Positions 28,507 to 37,632 of a stretch of DNA of 64,000 nt are shown piece after piece. The notes beneath the pieces are model-generated. The model was given only the letters and a program-made list of their open reading frames with translations. It was not told where the DNA came from and searched no databases. The stretch is from NCBI GenBank assembly GCA_030605095.1, contig JAUWBJ010000001.1, positions 10,942 through 74,941 on the forward strand. Direction: 5' to 3'. This DNA is from Candidatus Omnitrophota bacterium. GTDB taxonomy: Bacteria; Omnitrophota; Gorgyraeia; JABMRN01; RBG-13-46-9. The position numbers were made by a program, and so were the translations under genes. Numbering within the stretch: position 1 is the first letter of the stretch; each line of letters opens with the position of its first letter.

Positions 28507-29948
28507 GTGGAATTTTTGGAGTGATTTCTAAAGAAGATTGCGCGGAAACTCTTTTACACGGGACAGATTACCATTCGCATCTGGGAACAGAATATGGCGG
28601 CATGGCGATAGCAGGAAAGGAGATTACAAGGCATATACACAACATAAGCCAAAGCCAGTTTAAGTCAAAGTTCTACGAGAGTTATAGAGAAATCAAGGGC
28701 AATAAAGGCATCGGCGTTATCAGTGATTGCGATGAGCAGCCTATATATCTAAATTCCAAGTTCGGGCCTTTTTGCCTTGTCAGCGCAGGGCTTATCGAAA
28801 ATAAAGAGGAACTGGCCTTGTCGCTTTTAGCGGAGGGGGTGTCTTTCAGCGAGGTAGCCTCCGGTGGAATCAATTCAACGGAATTGGTAGCCAAGCTGAT
28901 AAGCCGCGGCAATAGCTTAATCGAGGGAATAGAGAATATGTTTACCTCGATACAGGGGTCTTGTTCGTTATTATTGCTAACCAGGGATAGCGTCTATGCA
29001 GCCCGCGATAGGTTGGGATATACCCCCCTTGTGGTGGGTAAAAGGGATGACGCCTGGGCAGTAACATCCGAAACAGGCGCCTTTACGAATCTCGAGTTTA
29101 ACATAGTGAAATACCTTAAGCCCGGTGAGATAGTCCAAATGAGCGAACAGGGCCTGGAGCAAAGAAGAAAGGGCCAAGAGGCAACGCAAATTTGCACCTT
29201 TCTATGGATATATACAGGTTTTCCTGCCTCAAGTTATGAAGGAATAAATGTGGAAGTAGTAAGGGAAAGATGCGGAAGGGCGCTGGCAAGAAAAGATAAA
29301 GATATAAAGATAGATTTGGTATCGGGCGTTCCGGATTCAGGATCAGCGCATGCTTTGGGATATGCCATGGAATCCGGGAAACCTTACAGGCGGCCCCTTG
29401 TCAAATATACTCCCGGCTATGGCAGGAGTTATACGCCACCTTCCCAGGAGACACGGGATTTGATAGCACGAATGAAACTTATTGCAATTAGAGAAATAAT
29501 AGAGGGCAATAGAATCGTTGTGTGCGAAGATTCCATCGTAAGGGGTACGCAGCTTAAGAATTTTACCGTAAGAAAACTATGGAATTGTGGGGCAAAAGAG
29601 GTTCATGTGCGGCCCGCCTGCCCGCCCCTCATGTTTCCATGCAGATTCTGCCTTTCTACGCGTAGCATAAACGAACTCGCCGCGCGCAGAGCCATAAGGG
29701 CTTTAGAAGGCAGGGATTTAGAGGACGTTTCAGAATATCTCGACCCGAATACCGAGAAATATAAAAAGATGATAGATTGGATCGCTCGCGATTTAGAAGT
29801 TACAACCCTTCGATATCAGGCCATAGATGATATGGTAAAAGCAATCGGCCTTCCAAAGGAAAAATTGTGCCTGTATTGCTGGACAGGGAAATGCCCCAGT
29901 AAGAAGTCGCCAGCCGCGCGCCGCGAACTATCAGTAGAAGCTGCTTAG
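28503..29948 (+). CDS. purF: Amidophosphoribosyltransferase-like protein with Ser in place of catalytic Cys1
   Basis: MSGIFG start, ARDRLG.TPL, VPDSG, EDSIVRGT, CPP, C.YCW.G. Confidence 0.8.
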   Translation: MSGIFGVISKEDCAETLLHGTDYHSHLGTEYGGMAIAGKEITRHIHNISQSQFKSKFYESYREIKGNKGIGVISDCDEQPIYLNSKFGPFCLVSAGLIENKEELALSLLAEGVSFSEVASGGINSTELVAKLISRGNSLIEGIENMFTSIQGSCSLLLLTRDSVYAARDRLGYTPLVVGKRDDAWAVTSETGAFTNLEFNIVKYLKPGEIVQMSEQGLEQRRKGQEATQICTFLWIYTGFPASSYEGINVEVVRERCGRALARKDKDIKIDLVSGVPDSGSAHALGYAMESGKPYRRPLVKYTPGYGRSYTPPSQETRDLIARMKLIAIREIIEGNRIVVCEDSIVRGTQLKNFTVRKLWNCGAKEVHVRPACPPLMFPCRFCLSTRSINELAARRAIRALEGRDLEDVSEYLDPNTEKYKKMIDWIARDLEVTTLRYQAIDDMVKAIGLPKEKLCLYCWTGKCPSKKSPAARRELSVEAA

Positions 29949-29949
29949 C

Positions 29950-31212
29950 ATGCCTTATAATAAGAGCTTTAAGTTGACCGAGGAAATTTTTAATTTTCCT
30001 CTTAGGGAAATAAAGAGATTTATCCGCGATTTCCACTCCGAAATGCGTAAAGGTCTTTCCGGACGCAAGAGTTCGCTCAAGATGCTCCCTACATATGTGA
30101 AAAAACCAAAAGGCGTAGAGAAAGGTGAGTCTTTGGCCATTGACCTGGGTGGAACAAATTTTCGGGTGTTAGCGTTGAAATTAAAAGAAAAGAGAAGAAT
30201 CTTAATCCTTGGATCGAAAAAATTTGTTTTGAAAAAAAAGCATATTACAGGCACAGGAAAAGCACTTTTCGATTTTATAGCCGGTTGTATAAAGACCTTT
30301 ATGGACGAGTACAAAATAGATATAAGCGAAAAACACAGTATAGGCTTTACATTTTCATTTCCGATGAAAAAAAGAAGGGTTTCTTCAGGCATACTTCTTC
30401 GATGGACCAAAGGGTTTAAGGCCAGGGGCGTGGAAGGAAAAGATGTAGTTAAATTGCTCAACGAATCTCTTAAAAGAAAAGGGTTGCGCAATACAAAAGT
30501 TGTTGCTATCGCAAACGATACTGTTAGCACGCTTGTTGCCAAAAGCTATGAAGACGAAACCTGCGATGTTGGCGCAATATTGGGAACGGGTACAAATGCC
30601 TGTTATCCCGAGGGGCAGATGATTATTAATATAGAATGGGGCAATTTTAATAAAATTCGCCTTACCCCTTACGACAGGAAGCTTAATTACCTTTCGCAAT
30701 CACCCGGCGAACAAATTCTGGAGAAGATGATTTCGGGTATGTACTTAGGCGAGCTTACAAGGCTTGTTGCCAAGGATTTGATAAGAGATGCGATTCCTAA
30801 AACTTTTAAGTCAGAACATATGTCAATAATCGAAAGCGATACCTCGAAGAATCTGTCCCGCATAAATAGATTATTGAAAAAACTTCGCATTACAGATTCA
30901 AAATATACAGACAGAAAACTTCTAAAAAAAATATGTGCTATGGTCTCTACTCGCGCTGCGCGCCTCAGTGCAGCGGCTATAGCTTCCGTAGTAACAAAGA
31001 TAGACCCTTATCTTTCCAGAAAACACACAATTGCTATTGACGGCTCGGTATATGAAAAACACACCGGTTTTTCAAGGAGAATAAGCGCCACCCTTAAGGA
31101 AATTTTTGGAAGGAAAACCGCTAATATTAAATTAAGTTTAACCAAAGATGCGTCCGCAAAAGGCGCAGCTATAATAGCCGCCACTACTGATGAGGAAATG
31201 ATATTGACATAA
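29950..31212 (+). CDS. Hexokinase (Hexokinase_1/2 family)
   Basis: SSLKMLPTYV, LAIDLGGTNFRV, GFTFSFP, RWTKGF, ANDTV, ILGTGTNACY, INIEWGNF, EKMISGMYLGE. Confidence 0.92.
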   Translation: MPYNKSFKLTEEIFNFPLREIKRFIRDFHSEMRKGLSGRKSSLKMLPTYVKKPKGVEKGESLAIDLGGTNFRVLALKLKEKRRILILGSKKFVLKKKHITGTGKALFDFIAGCIKTFMDEYKIDISEKHSIGFTFSFPMKKRRVSSGILLRWTKGFKARGVEGKDVVKLLNESLKRKGLRNTKVVAIANDTVSTLVAKSYEDETCDVGAILGTGTNACYPEGQMIINIEWGNFNKIRLTPYDRKLNYLSQSPGEQILEKMISGMYLGELTRLVAKDLIRDAIPKTFKSEHMSIIESDTSKNLSRINRLLKKLRITDSKYTDRKLLKKICAMVSTRAARLSAAAIASVVTKIDPYLSRKHTIAIDGSVYEKHTGFSRRISATLKEIFGRKTANIKLSLTKDASAKGAAIIAATTDEEMILT

Positions 31213-31292
31213 GGCCACAGATATGCTGTAATATATTTAGCTAACCGTGGTCCCTTGCATTCGCTCGGGACAATTTTTGAGTACAAAAATTG
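31204..31292 (+). promoter_or_regulatory. thi4 promoter and structured leader
   Basis: TTGACA(31204)-N17-TGTAAT(31227); hairpins GTCCC...GGGAC (31250-31271) and CAATTTTTG-AGTA-CAAAAATTG (31271-31292) abutting the GGAGG RBS. Confidence 0.55.
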
Positions 31293-31305
31293 GAGGTACA
31301 TGATT

Positions 31306-32124
31306 ATGTTTCAAAAGATTAGTGAAGCACAAATTAGCAAGGCAATCGTAAAGGAGTTTACAGGGTGGTTTGAGGATTATATTACCTCGGATGTAGTTAT
31401 AGTCGGCGGCGGGCCAAGCGGACTTACAGCCGCGAGGGATTTAGCCAAAGCAGGTTTTAAGACGCTGATAATCGAGGGCAATAATTATCTCGGGGGAGGC
31501 TTCTGGATAGGCGGATACCTGATGAATGCGCTGACATTTAGAGCCCCGTCGCAAGAAATTTTAGAAGAGTTTAAAATTTCGCATAAAGAGGTGGAAAAAG
31601 GCCTGTTTGTATCAGATGGCCCAAATGCCTGTTCCAAGCTTATATCCGTAGCCTGTGAAGCAGGCGCCAAGATTTTAAATATGACCAGGTTTGACGACGT
31701 AGTCTATCGAAATAAAAAGGTAGAAGGTGTGGTTATAAATTGGACACCCGTATCGACCTTGCCGAAACAGATAAGCTGCGTTGACCCTATCTCCTTAGAG
31801 TCAAAGGTGATTATCGATGCTACCGGCCACGATGCTTCAGTCTGCCGAAGCCTGGAAAAAAGAAATATTCTAAAACTGGCTGACTTTGGCCCCATGGACG
31901 TTAATACTTCAGAGGATTTAGTTGTTGAAAAAACAGGTGAGATTCATCCGGGTTTGATTGTAACAGGTATGGCAGTTTCGACCGCTTACGGGATTCCCCG
32001 CATGGGACCCACTTTTGGCGGGATGTTAGTCTCGGGGAGGAAGGCTGCCGAGGTAGCAATGAACATTCTCTCGGGTGAAACAGCCCAGGAGCCCTCTCGC
32101 ATAGAAGAAGAGATTATTTTATAG
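31306..32124 (+). CDS. thi4: Thi4 thiazole synthase, Cys-type
   Basis: GGGPSG, GGGFWIGG, V.GVVINW, SCVDP, DATGHD, PRMGPTFGGM..SG. Confidence 0.92.
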   Translation: MFQKISEAQISKAIVKEFTGWFEDYITSDVVIVGGGPSGLTAARDLAKAGFKTLIIEGNNYLGGGFWIGGYLMNALTFRAPSQEILEEFKISHKEVEKGLFVSDGPNACSKLISVACEAGAKILNMTRFDDVVYRNKKVEGVVINWTPVSTLPKQISCVDPISLESKVIIDATGHDASVCRSLEKRNILKLADFGPMDVNTSEDLVVEKTGEIHPGLIVTGMAVSTAYGIPRMGPTFGGMLVSGRKAAEVAMNILSGETAQEPSRIEEEIIL

Positions 32125-32152
32125 ATTCCGCGATTAAAATTTTTTAAAGTGT

Positions 32153-32190
32153 AATCTGTCCGACCTCCGAGGTCGGACAGGTTGTTTTAT
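32153..32190 (+). terminator. GC-rich hairpin; likely terminator and/or REP-like element
   Basis: CTGTCCGACCTC-C-GAGGTCGGACAG (32156-32180) followed by GTTGTTTTAT. Confidence 0.6.
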
Positions 32191-32203
32191 CAGGGCCACA
32201 AAA

Positions 32204-33205
32204 ATGGTTAAAGCAATATCTTTATTGTCTGGCGGATTGGATAGCATTCTGGCTACGCGGCTTATCTTAGAGCAGGGCATAGAGGTAGAAGCGGTTAATT
32301 TTTTAACCGTATTCTGCACCTGTACCCCTCGCGGAAAAGGTTGCTCTTCAGGCAAATCCGCCGCCGATAAATTAGGAATTAAACTTAAGGTATTTGAAGT
32401 CAGCAAAGAGTATTTTGGAATAGTTAAAAATCCAAGATATGGATACGGTAGTAATATTAATCCCTGCCTTGATTGCCGCATATTTATGTTTAAAAAAGCC
32501 GCCCAGTATATGAGAGAAATTGACGCATCTTTTTTGATTACCGGCGAGGTATTGGGACAACGACCGATGTCACAGAGAAGGGATGCGATGAGGATTGTAG
32601 AGAGGGATAGTAAATTAGATGGGTTAATCCTGAGGCCGCTTTCGGCAAGATTATTAGAGCCCACAATCCCTGAAAAGGAAGGCATAGTCGATAGAGAAAG
32701 ATTATTGGATATCAAAGGCCGCTCCCGAAAACCGCAGATAGAGCTGGCGCGTCAATTAGGCATTGGTGACTATCCTTGCCCGGCAGGGGGATGCCTTTTA
32801 ACAGATCCCGGATTCGCAAATAGAATGCGGGATTTGATAGAGCATAAACCCGATTTTACAATGAATGACGTCCGGCTCCTTAAGGTAGGCAGGCATTTTC
32901 GTGTGTCGCCAAAAACCAAATTCATCGTGGGTAGAAATAAGGAAGAGAATGAGAAATTGACAAGTCTGGCGGGTGGAGAAGATTTCCGGTTCGGGCCGGC
33001 TAAGGTAAAAGGACCGGTTGGCATAGGAAGGGGAAATTTTAATAAGGAGCATTTTTCCATAGCGAGCTCAATAATTGCCAGATATAGCGATAAAGACCAA
33101 GACTGCGAGATAGAAGTTCTATATGAGAAGATTCCCGGCGAAGGGCACAATTCTATCATGGCTTTGTCAATAACGGAAGAAACGCTCGAAGCTTTAAGAA
33201 TATAA
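32204..33205 (+). CDS. ThiI/MnmA-like PP-loop tRNA thiolation-family protein
   Basis: LSGGLDS, NPCLDCR, TGEVLGQRPMSQ, LRPLSA, P.PAGGCLLT, GRHFR. Confidence 0.8.
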   Translation: MVKAISLLSGGLDSILATRLILEQGIEVEAVNFLTVFCTCTPRGKGCSSGKSAADKLGIKLKVFEVSKEYFGIVKNPRYGYGSNINPCLDCRIFMFKKAAQYMREIDASFLITGEVLGQRPMSQRRDAMRIVERDSKLDGLILRPLSARLLEPTIPEKEGIVDRERLLDIKGRSRKPQIELARQLGIGDYPCPAGGCLLTDPGFANRMRDLIEHKPDFTMNDVRLLKVGRHFRVSPKTKFIVGRNKEENEKLTSLAGGEDFRFGPAKVKGPVGIGRGNFNKEHFSIASSIIARYSDKDQDCEIEVLYEKIPGEGHNSIMALSITEETLEALRI

Positions 33206-33218
33206 TTTTTTTTGTAGT

Positions 33219-33254
33219 AATTGTAAACCTTAGGTGCTAAAATGGTTGACAGTT
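33219..33254. promoter_or_regulatory. BirA operator with extended -10
   Basis: AATTGTAAACC-N14-GGTTGACAGTT matches the BirA box; TGcTAAAAT at 33235-33243 lies in the spacer. Confidence 0.85.
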
Positions 33255-34154
33255 ATGGAATTTTTGAAAGAGCCTCTTACAGAACTGGCCTCTCGCGCTA
33301 ATAAAATTAGAAAGGACTGTGCAGGCGATAAATTAGAGCTGTGCAGTATCATAAACGCAAAATCAGGCCTGTGCAGCGAAGACTGTAAATTCTGCGCCCA
33401 ATCCTCCGGGCATTCCGCCAGGATATCCCGTTATCCTCTTAGGAAAAAAGACGAAATCGTAAAAAGAGCCCGACACGCAAAAAAAATCGGCGCTGAGAAA
33501 TTCGGCATCGTAACAAGCGGAAATAAGCTTTCTCCCGAAGAGTTAGGCAATATCGCATCTTGTATATCCGAAATAAAGAATAAAATCGGCATCACTGTGT
33601 GCGCGTCGTTAGGCGCCCTCGAAAAGTCCCAGTTAAAAATCTTAAAAGAAGCAGGACTTTCACGCTACCATCATAATATCGAGACCTCACCGCGTTTTTA
33701 TCCCCGGATTGTTTCCACGCATAGCATCAATGAAAGAATCGAGACAATTGAGCGGGCTAAGATAGCGGGCCTCCAGGTATGCTCGGGCGGAATAATCGGC
33801 ATGGGCGAGACCTGGCAGGATAGAATAGATATGGCGCGCCTTTTAAAAAAGTTAGGCGTAGATTCCGTTCCTATAAATCTACTGGTTCCCGTAAAAGGCA
33901 CTTCCTTAGAATCTATGACGCCGATTTCCTGTAATGACGCCATAAGGACTATCTCTATCTTTAGAATCATTCTGAAAGATAAGATTATAAAAATAGCAGC
34001 AGGTAGAGAAAATATCCTCAAAAGTTCCCAGGCGATGGGATTTACCGCCGGCGCCAACGGCATGCTCATCGGCGGTTATCTAACCGTCAAAGGAAGAGAT
34101 GTCGTCGAGGATTATAAGCTTGTCGAAGAGATAAAAAAATTATGGGAAGAATAG
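33255..34154 (+). CDS. bioB: Biotin synthase
   Basis: NAKSG.CSEDCKFCAQS, YHHNIETS, CSGGIIGMGE, SVPIN, G.YLT. Confidence 0.95.
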   Translation: MEFLKEPLTELASRANKIRKDCAGDKLELCSIINAKSGLCSEDCKFCAQSSGHSARISRYPLRKKDEIVKRARHAKKIGAEKFGIVTSGNKLSPEELGNIASCISEIKNKIGITVCASLGALEKSQLKILKEAGLSRYHHNIETSPRFYPRIVSTHSINERIETIERAKIAGLQVCSGGIIGMGETWQDRIDMARLLKKLGVDSVPINLLVPVKGTSLESMTPISCNDAIRTISIFRIILKDKIIKIAAGRENILKSSQAMGFTAGANGMLIGGYLTVKGRDVVEDYKLVEEIKKLWEE

Positions 34155-35296
34155 AAAAATTTTTACGCGACAAGAAAGAAAAAGGCCTTTTGAGGATTTT
34201 ACGGCCTGCCCGTTTTAGAAAAGAAGGAAAAATCTATTTTAAAGACAGAAGCTTTATAGATTTTTCCTCCAACGATTATCTGGGATTATCAGGCCATCCT
34301 AAGATTAAAGAAGCCGCGGAAAAAACCATAACGACATTGGGGACAAGTTCTTCCGCGTCCAGGCTTTTAAGCGGAGATTTAAACATTCACCATAAGCTGG
34401 AGAAAAGAATAGCTTCTTTTAAAGAGAAAGAAGACGCTCTTCTATTCAATTCCGGATATCAGGCCAATGTAGGCATAATAAGTTCTCTCCTGGGAAAGAA
34501 TGACGCCATCTTTTCCGATAAACTAAATCACGCCAGTATTATAGACGGCATGCTTTTATCAGGAGCAAAGATTTTTCGATTTCGTCATAATGATATAGAA
34601 CATCTTGAATTTTTATTGAAAAGCCAAAGGAATAATTACAAAGAGGCCTTAATTGTTACAGAGACAGTCTTTAGCATGGAAGGGGACAAGCCGCCTCTCA
34701 AAGAGGTGGCTTCCTTGAAGGATAGATACTCCTCTATGTTATTGGTAGATGAAGCTCATGCTACGGGAATCTTCGGAGAAAAAGGAAAAGGCGTGGTAGA
34801 AGAGATGGGTCTGGCCGCGAGGATTGAACTAGTTATGGGCACATTCAGCAAGGCGCTGGGAAGCTTCGGCGCTTATGTAGCTTGTTCTTCCGAGCTAAAG
34901 AAGTATTTTGTAAATTCGGCAAGAAGTTTTATCTATTCTACGTCTCTACCACCATCTATAATCGGTGCCAATTTAGCCAGCTTAGATTTGATTGAAGAAG
35001 AACCTTTTCGGAGGCTCACGCTTCTCTGTAACAGTGATTATTTCCGTCAGGAACTGGGGAAAAAAGGATTTCGCACGAGAGGCACATCCCAAATTGTTCC
35101 TGTAATCTTCAAGGATAGCCAAAGGACGGTTAAAATAAGCCAGGATTTACAGAAAAAGGGATATTGGGTCCTTCCCATAAGGCCGCCTACGGTCCCGGAA
35201 GGAGAAGCAAGGTTAAGATTCTCGTTAACATATCATCACACGAAAGATATATTAGGAAAGCTTATCGATGATATCTCTCAAATCTGCCACGTTTAA
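34142..35296 (+). CDS. bioF: 8-amino-7-oxononanoate synthase
   Basis: FSSNDYLG, SGYQAN, NHASI, FSMEGD, DEAHA, GTFSKA, IRPPTVP. Confidence 0.95.
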   Translation: MGRIEKFLRDKKEKGLLRILRPARFRKEGKIYFKDRSFIDFSSNDYLGLSGHPKIKEAAEKTITTLGTSSSASRLLSGDLNIHHKLEKRIASFKEKEDALLFNSGYQANVGIISSLLGKNDAIFSDKLNHASIIDGMLLSGAKIFRFRHNDIEHLEFLLKSQRNNYKEALIVTETVFSMEGDKPPLKEVASLKDRYSSMLLVDEAHATGIFGEKGKGVVEEMGLAARIELVMGTFSKALGSFGAYVACSSELKKYFVNSARSFIYSTSLPPSIIGANLASLDLIEEEPFRRLTLLCNSDYFRQELGKKGFRTRGTSQIVPVIFKDSQRTVKISQDLQKKGYWVLPIRPPTVPEGEARLRFSLTYHHTKDILGKLIDDISQICHV

Positions 35297-36833
35297 ATTT
35301 ATAGATAACGGTTATAAAGATTTAGCCGTATTGGTTCCCGGCTGGGCGACTGACTACAGAATCTTCGGCCCCCTGAATTTAGAATTCAATTATTTGGTGC
35401 CCCTTACCTTTTATCCTGACACATTCGAAGAAGACCTTTTAAAGACATTGAGAGAAAATAATATAGACAAACTCTCTTTGTTTGGCTGGTCATTGGGCGG
35501 ATTTTTGGCGGCAGAATTTGCTTCAAAGCATAAAGAGCTTATAGACAGGCTTATTTTGGTAAGCATAAGAAAAAAGTATGATAAAAAGAGGCTCACAGAG
35601 ATAAAGACGCATCTTGGCAAAAATAAAAGAGGTTATCTTTACAAATTTTATACCCAGTGTTTTTTTAAAAAAGAAAGCATGCGATGGTTTAGAAAAAATT
35701 TCCTTAAAACCTACTGCGAAGAACTGGATTTACATTATCTCGTGGATTCTTTAGGCTATTTACAAAATGCCGAGATACGACCGGAACTGCTGGAACCTAT
35801 AAAGAAGATAAAGATAATACACGGTGAATGCGATAGGATAGCACCTATTAAAGAGGCGCTTTGGATCAAAGAAAAACTGCCGCAAGCAGAGTTTATATCT
35901 ATTAAAAATACAGGGCATATACCGTTTCTGGAAGCTTGTGAACCGTTTGCGATTTCTATTTCAACCTGTCCCCGCAAGGGGGACAGGTTGAACGGGAAAT
36001 CGCAAACGGTTCAAAGCGATACACCGGGCGGAGGGGCCCACACAGAGAGGCACCCGCTGCCAGCTGCCAACGATAAAGAGATAATAAAGAGAAATTTTTC
36101 AAGATACGCAAAGTATTACGATAATTACTCTGACATTCAGGATGTCTCTGCCCTAAGGCTTATCAGCAAACTTGACTCGGATAATTTTAGCAGCATACTT
36201 GACCTCGGCTGCGGCACGGGAAATTATACGAGGCTCCTTAGAGAGAAATTCCCCCTTGCGAAAATAAAGGCCATAGACATATCCGGTGAAATGATTGAGA
36301 TAGCAAGAAAGAAACTACAGGGTAAACAAATAGAATTTGTTATAAAAGATGCGGAAGGAATAAATTCGAGAGATTCACTTGACCTTATAAGCTCTAATGT
36401 GAGCTTTCAGTGGTTTGTTAATTTAGAAAAAGCCCTATTAGATTACAAAAGATTGCTAAAGCCCGGCGGCACAATTCTCTTTTCCACATTCGGCCCCCTT
36501 ACATTTTATGAATTGAATAATGCCTTGCAAGAGCTATTAAAAGAGGAAAAAGAGATAAATTCCCGCCGGTTTTTGGAAAAAATAAGGATAACGAAGATTA
36601 TGGAGGCTCTTTTTAAAAAGGTTGAGGTAGGGGAGGAGACATTTAAAGAGAGCTATGTTTCATTGAGGGGACTTTTGGAAAAAATAAAATATAGCGGTAT
36701 AAGAGGGAGCGGCATAAAGACAGGAAATTTTTGGGTCTTCGGAAAAATGGATAAGCTGGAGAGGATATACAAAAAAAAATTTAACGAGATAGTAGCGACA
36801 TATCAGGTTTTTATTTGTAAGGGTATAAAGTGA
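35268..36833 (+). CDS. Fused pimeloyl-ACP methyl ester esterase (BioH/BioG-like) and malonyl-ACP O-methyltransferase (BioC)
   Basis: N-terminal PGW, GWSLGG, HG..D, GH.PF hydrolase motifs; C-terminal NFSR.A..Y, ILDLGCGTG, FQW, FSTFGP.T..EL, ATYQV. Confidence 0.85.
   Translation: MISLKSATFKFIDNGYKDLAVLVPGWATDYRIFGPLNLEFNYLVPLTFYPDTFEEDLLKTLRENNIDKLSLFGWSLGGFLAAEFASKHKELIDRLILVSIRKKYDKKRLTEIKTHLGKNKRGYLYKFYTQCFFKKESMRWFRKNFLKTYCEELDLHYLVDSLGYLQNAEIRPELLEPIKKIKIIHGECDRIAPIKEALWIKEKLPQAEFISIKNTGHIPFLEACEPFAISISTCPRKGDRLNGKSQTVQSDTPGGGAHTERHPLPAANDKEIIKRNFSRYAKYYDNYSDIQDVSALRLISKLDSDNFSSILDLGCGTGNYTRLLREKFPLAKIKAIDISGEMIEIARKKLQGKQIEFVIKDAEGINSRDSLDLISSNVSFQWFVNLEKALLDYKRLLKPGGTILFSTFGPLTFYELNNALQELLKEEKEINSRRFLEKIRITKIMEALFKKVEVGEETFKESYVSLRGLLEKIKYSGIRGSGIKTGNFWVFGKMDKLERIYKKKFNEIVATYQVFICKGIK
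35939..36013. repeat. 75-bp nested palindrome forming part of the in-frame linker
   Basis: TGAACCGTTTGCGATTTC/GAAATCGCAAACGGTTCA outer stem; TTCAACCTGTCCCC/GGGGACAGGTTGAA inner stem. Confidence 0.8.
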
Positions 36834-36834
36834 A

Positions 36835-36940
36835 CCCCGCCCTTCCTAAAAGAATTGAAGTAGATGCCATAATGAAAAACATGTATAGTTTGATGAAAAT
36901 GAAGATAAAGATAGAAATTAAAAGAAAAGGAAGGGCGGGG
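36835..36940. mobile_element. 106-bp MITE with 13-bp TIRs and TGAA target-site duplication
   Basis: CCCCGCCCTTCCT...AGGAAGGGCGGGG flanked by TGAA at 36831-36834 and 36941-36944. Confidence 0.8.
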
Positions 36941-37632
36941 TGAAGGCAGTTTTTATTACCGGAACCGATACAGGCGTAGGGAAGACGATCGTCGCGGGTT
37001 TACTGGGGCGGTTTCTTTTAGATAATGGCCATCGGGCTATAACCCAGAAATGGATTCAAACGGGTAGCAAGTTTCCGGAAGACATAGCCCGGCATCTTGA
37101 ATTGATGAAGAAAAAAAAGTGCGATATAAACGATTATTTGCCTTACATGTCTCCCTATACTTTTAAGTTTCCCGCATCCGGGCACTTAGCAGCAAGATTG
37201 GAACGAAAGAAAATCAGCAGAGCTCGAATCAAAAAGAGTTTTCTCTTTTTAGAAGATAGGTTTGATTTTGTTATAGTAGAAGGAATAGGCGGCGCGTTAG
37301 TGCCTTTTAACGGGAAAGGTCTTGTGATAGACATAGCAAAGGAACTCGATATACCGGCATTACTCGTAGTAGCTAATAAATTAGGTTGTATAAACCATAC
37401 CTTACTTACAATAGAAGCCGTAAAAAGAAGGGGCATGAAGATTATCGGGATTATATTTAATAATAACCAATCCGGAGAAAGAGAGAATATTATTTCTAAA
37501 GATAATCCCCGGATAATAAAGAAACTGACGGGGGAGAGGATTCTCGGTGTTTTACCTTTCTCGAGAAGTAAAGAGTTACTATATAAGAGATTTATACCTA
37601 TAGGAAAAAAAGTAACATGGATAACTGGATAA
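36940..37632 (+). CDS. bioD: Dethiobiotin synthase
   Basis: FITGTDTGVGKT, VEG.GG, LGCINHTLLT. Confidence 0.95.
   Translation: MKAVFITGTDTGVGKTIVAGLLGRFLLDNGHRAITQKWIQTGSKFPEDIARHLELMKKKKCDINDYLPYMSPYTFKFPASGHLAARLERKKISRARIKKSFLFLEDRFDFVIVEGIGGALVPFNGKGLVIDIAKELDIPALLVVANKLGCINHTLLTIEAVKRRGMKIIGIIFNNNQSGERENIISKDNPRIIKKLTGERILGVLPFSRSKELLYKRFIPIGKKVTWITG

Noticed and set aside
31213-31300. TPP riboswitch upstream of thi4
   Set aside because: The conserved CTGAGA and related aptamer motifs are absent and the leader is short.
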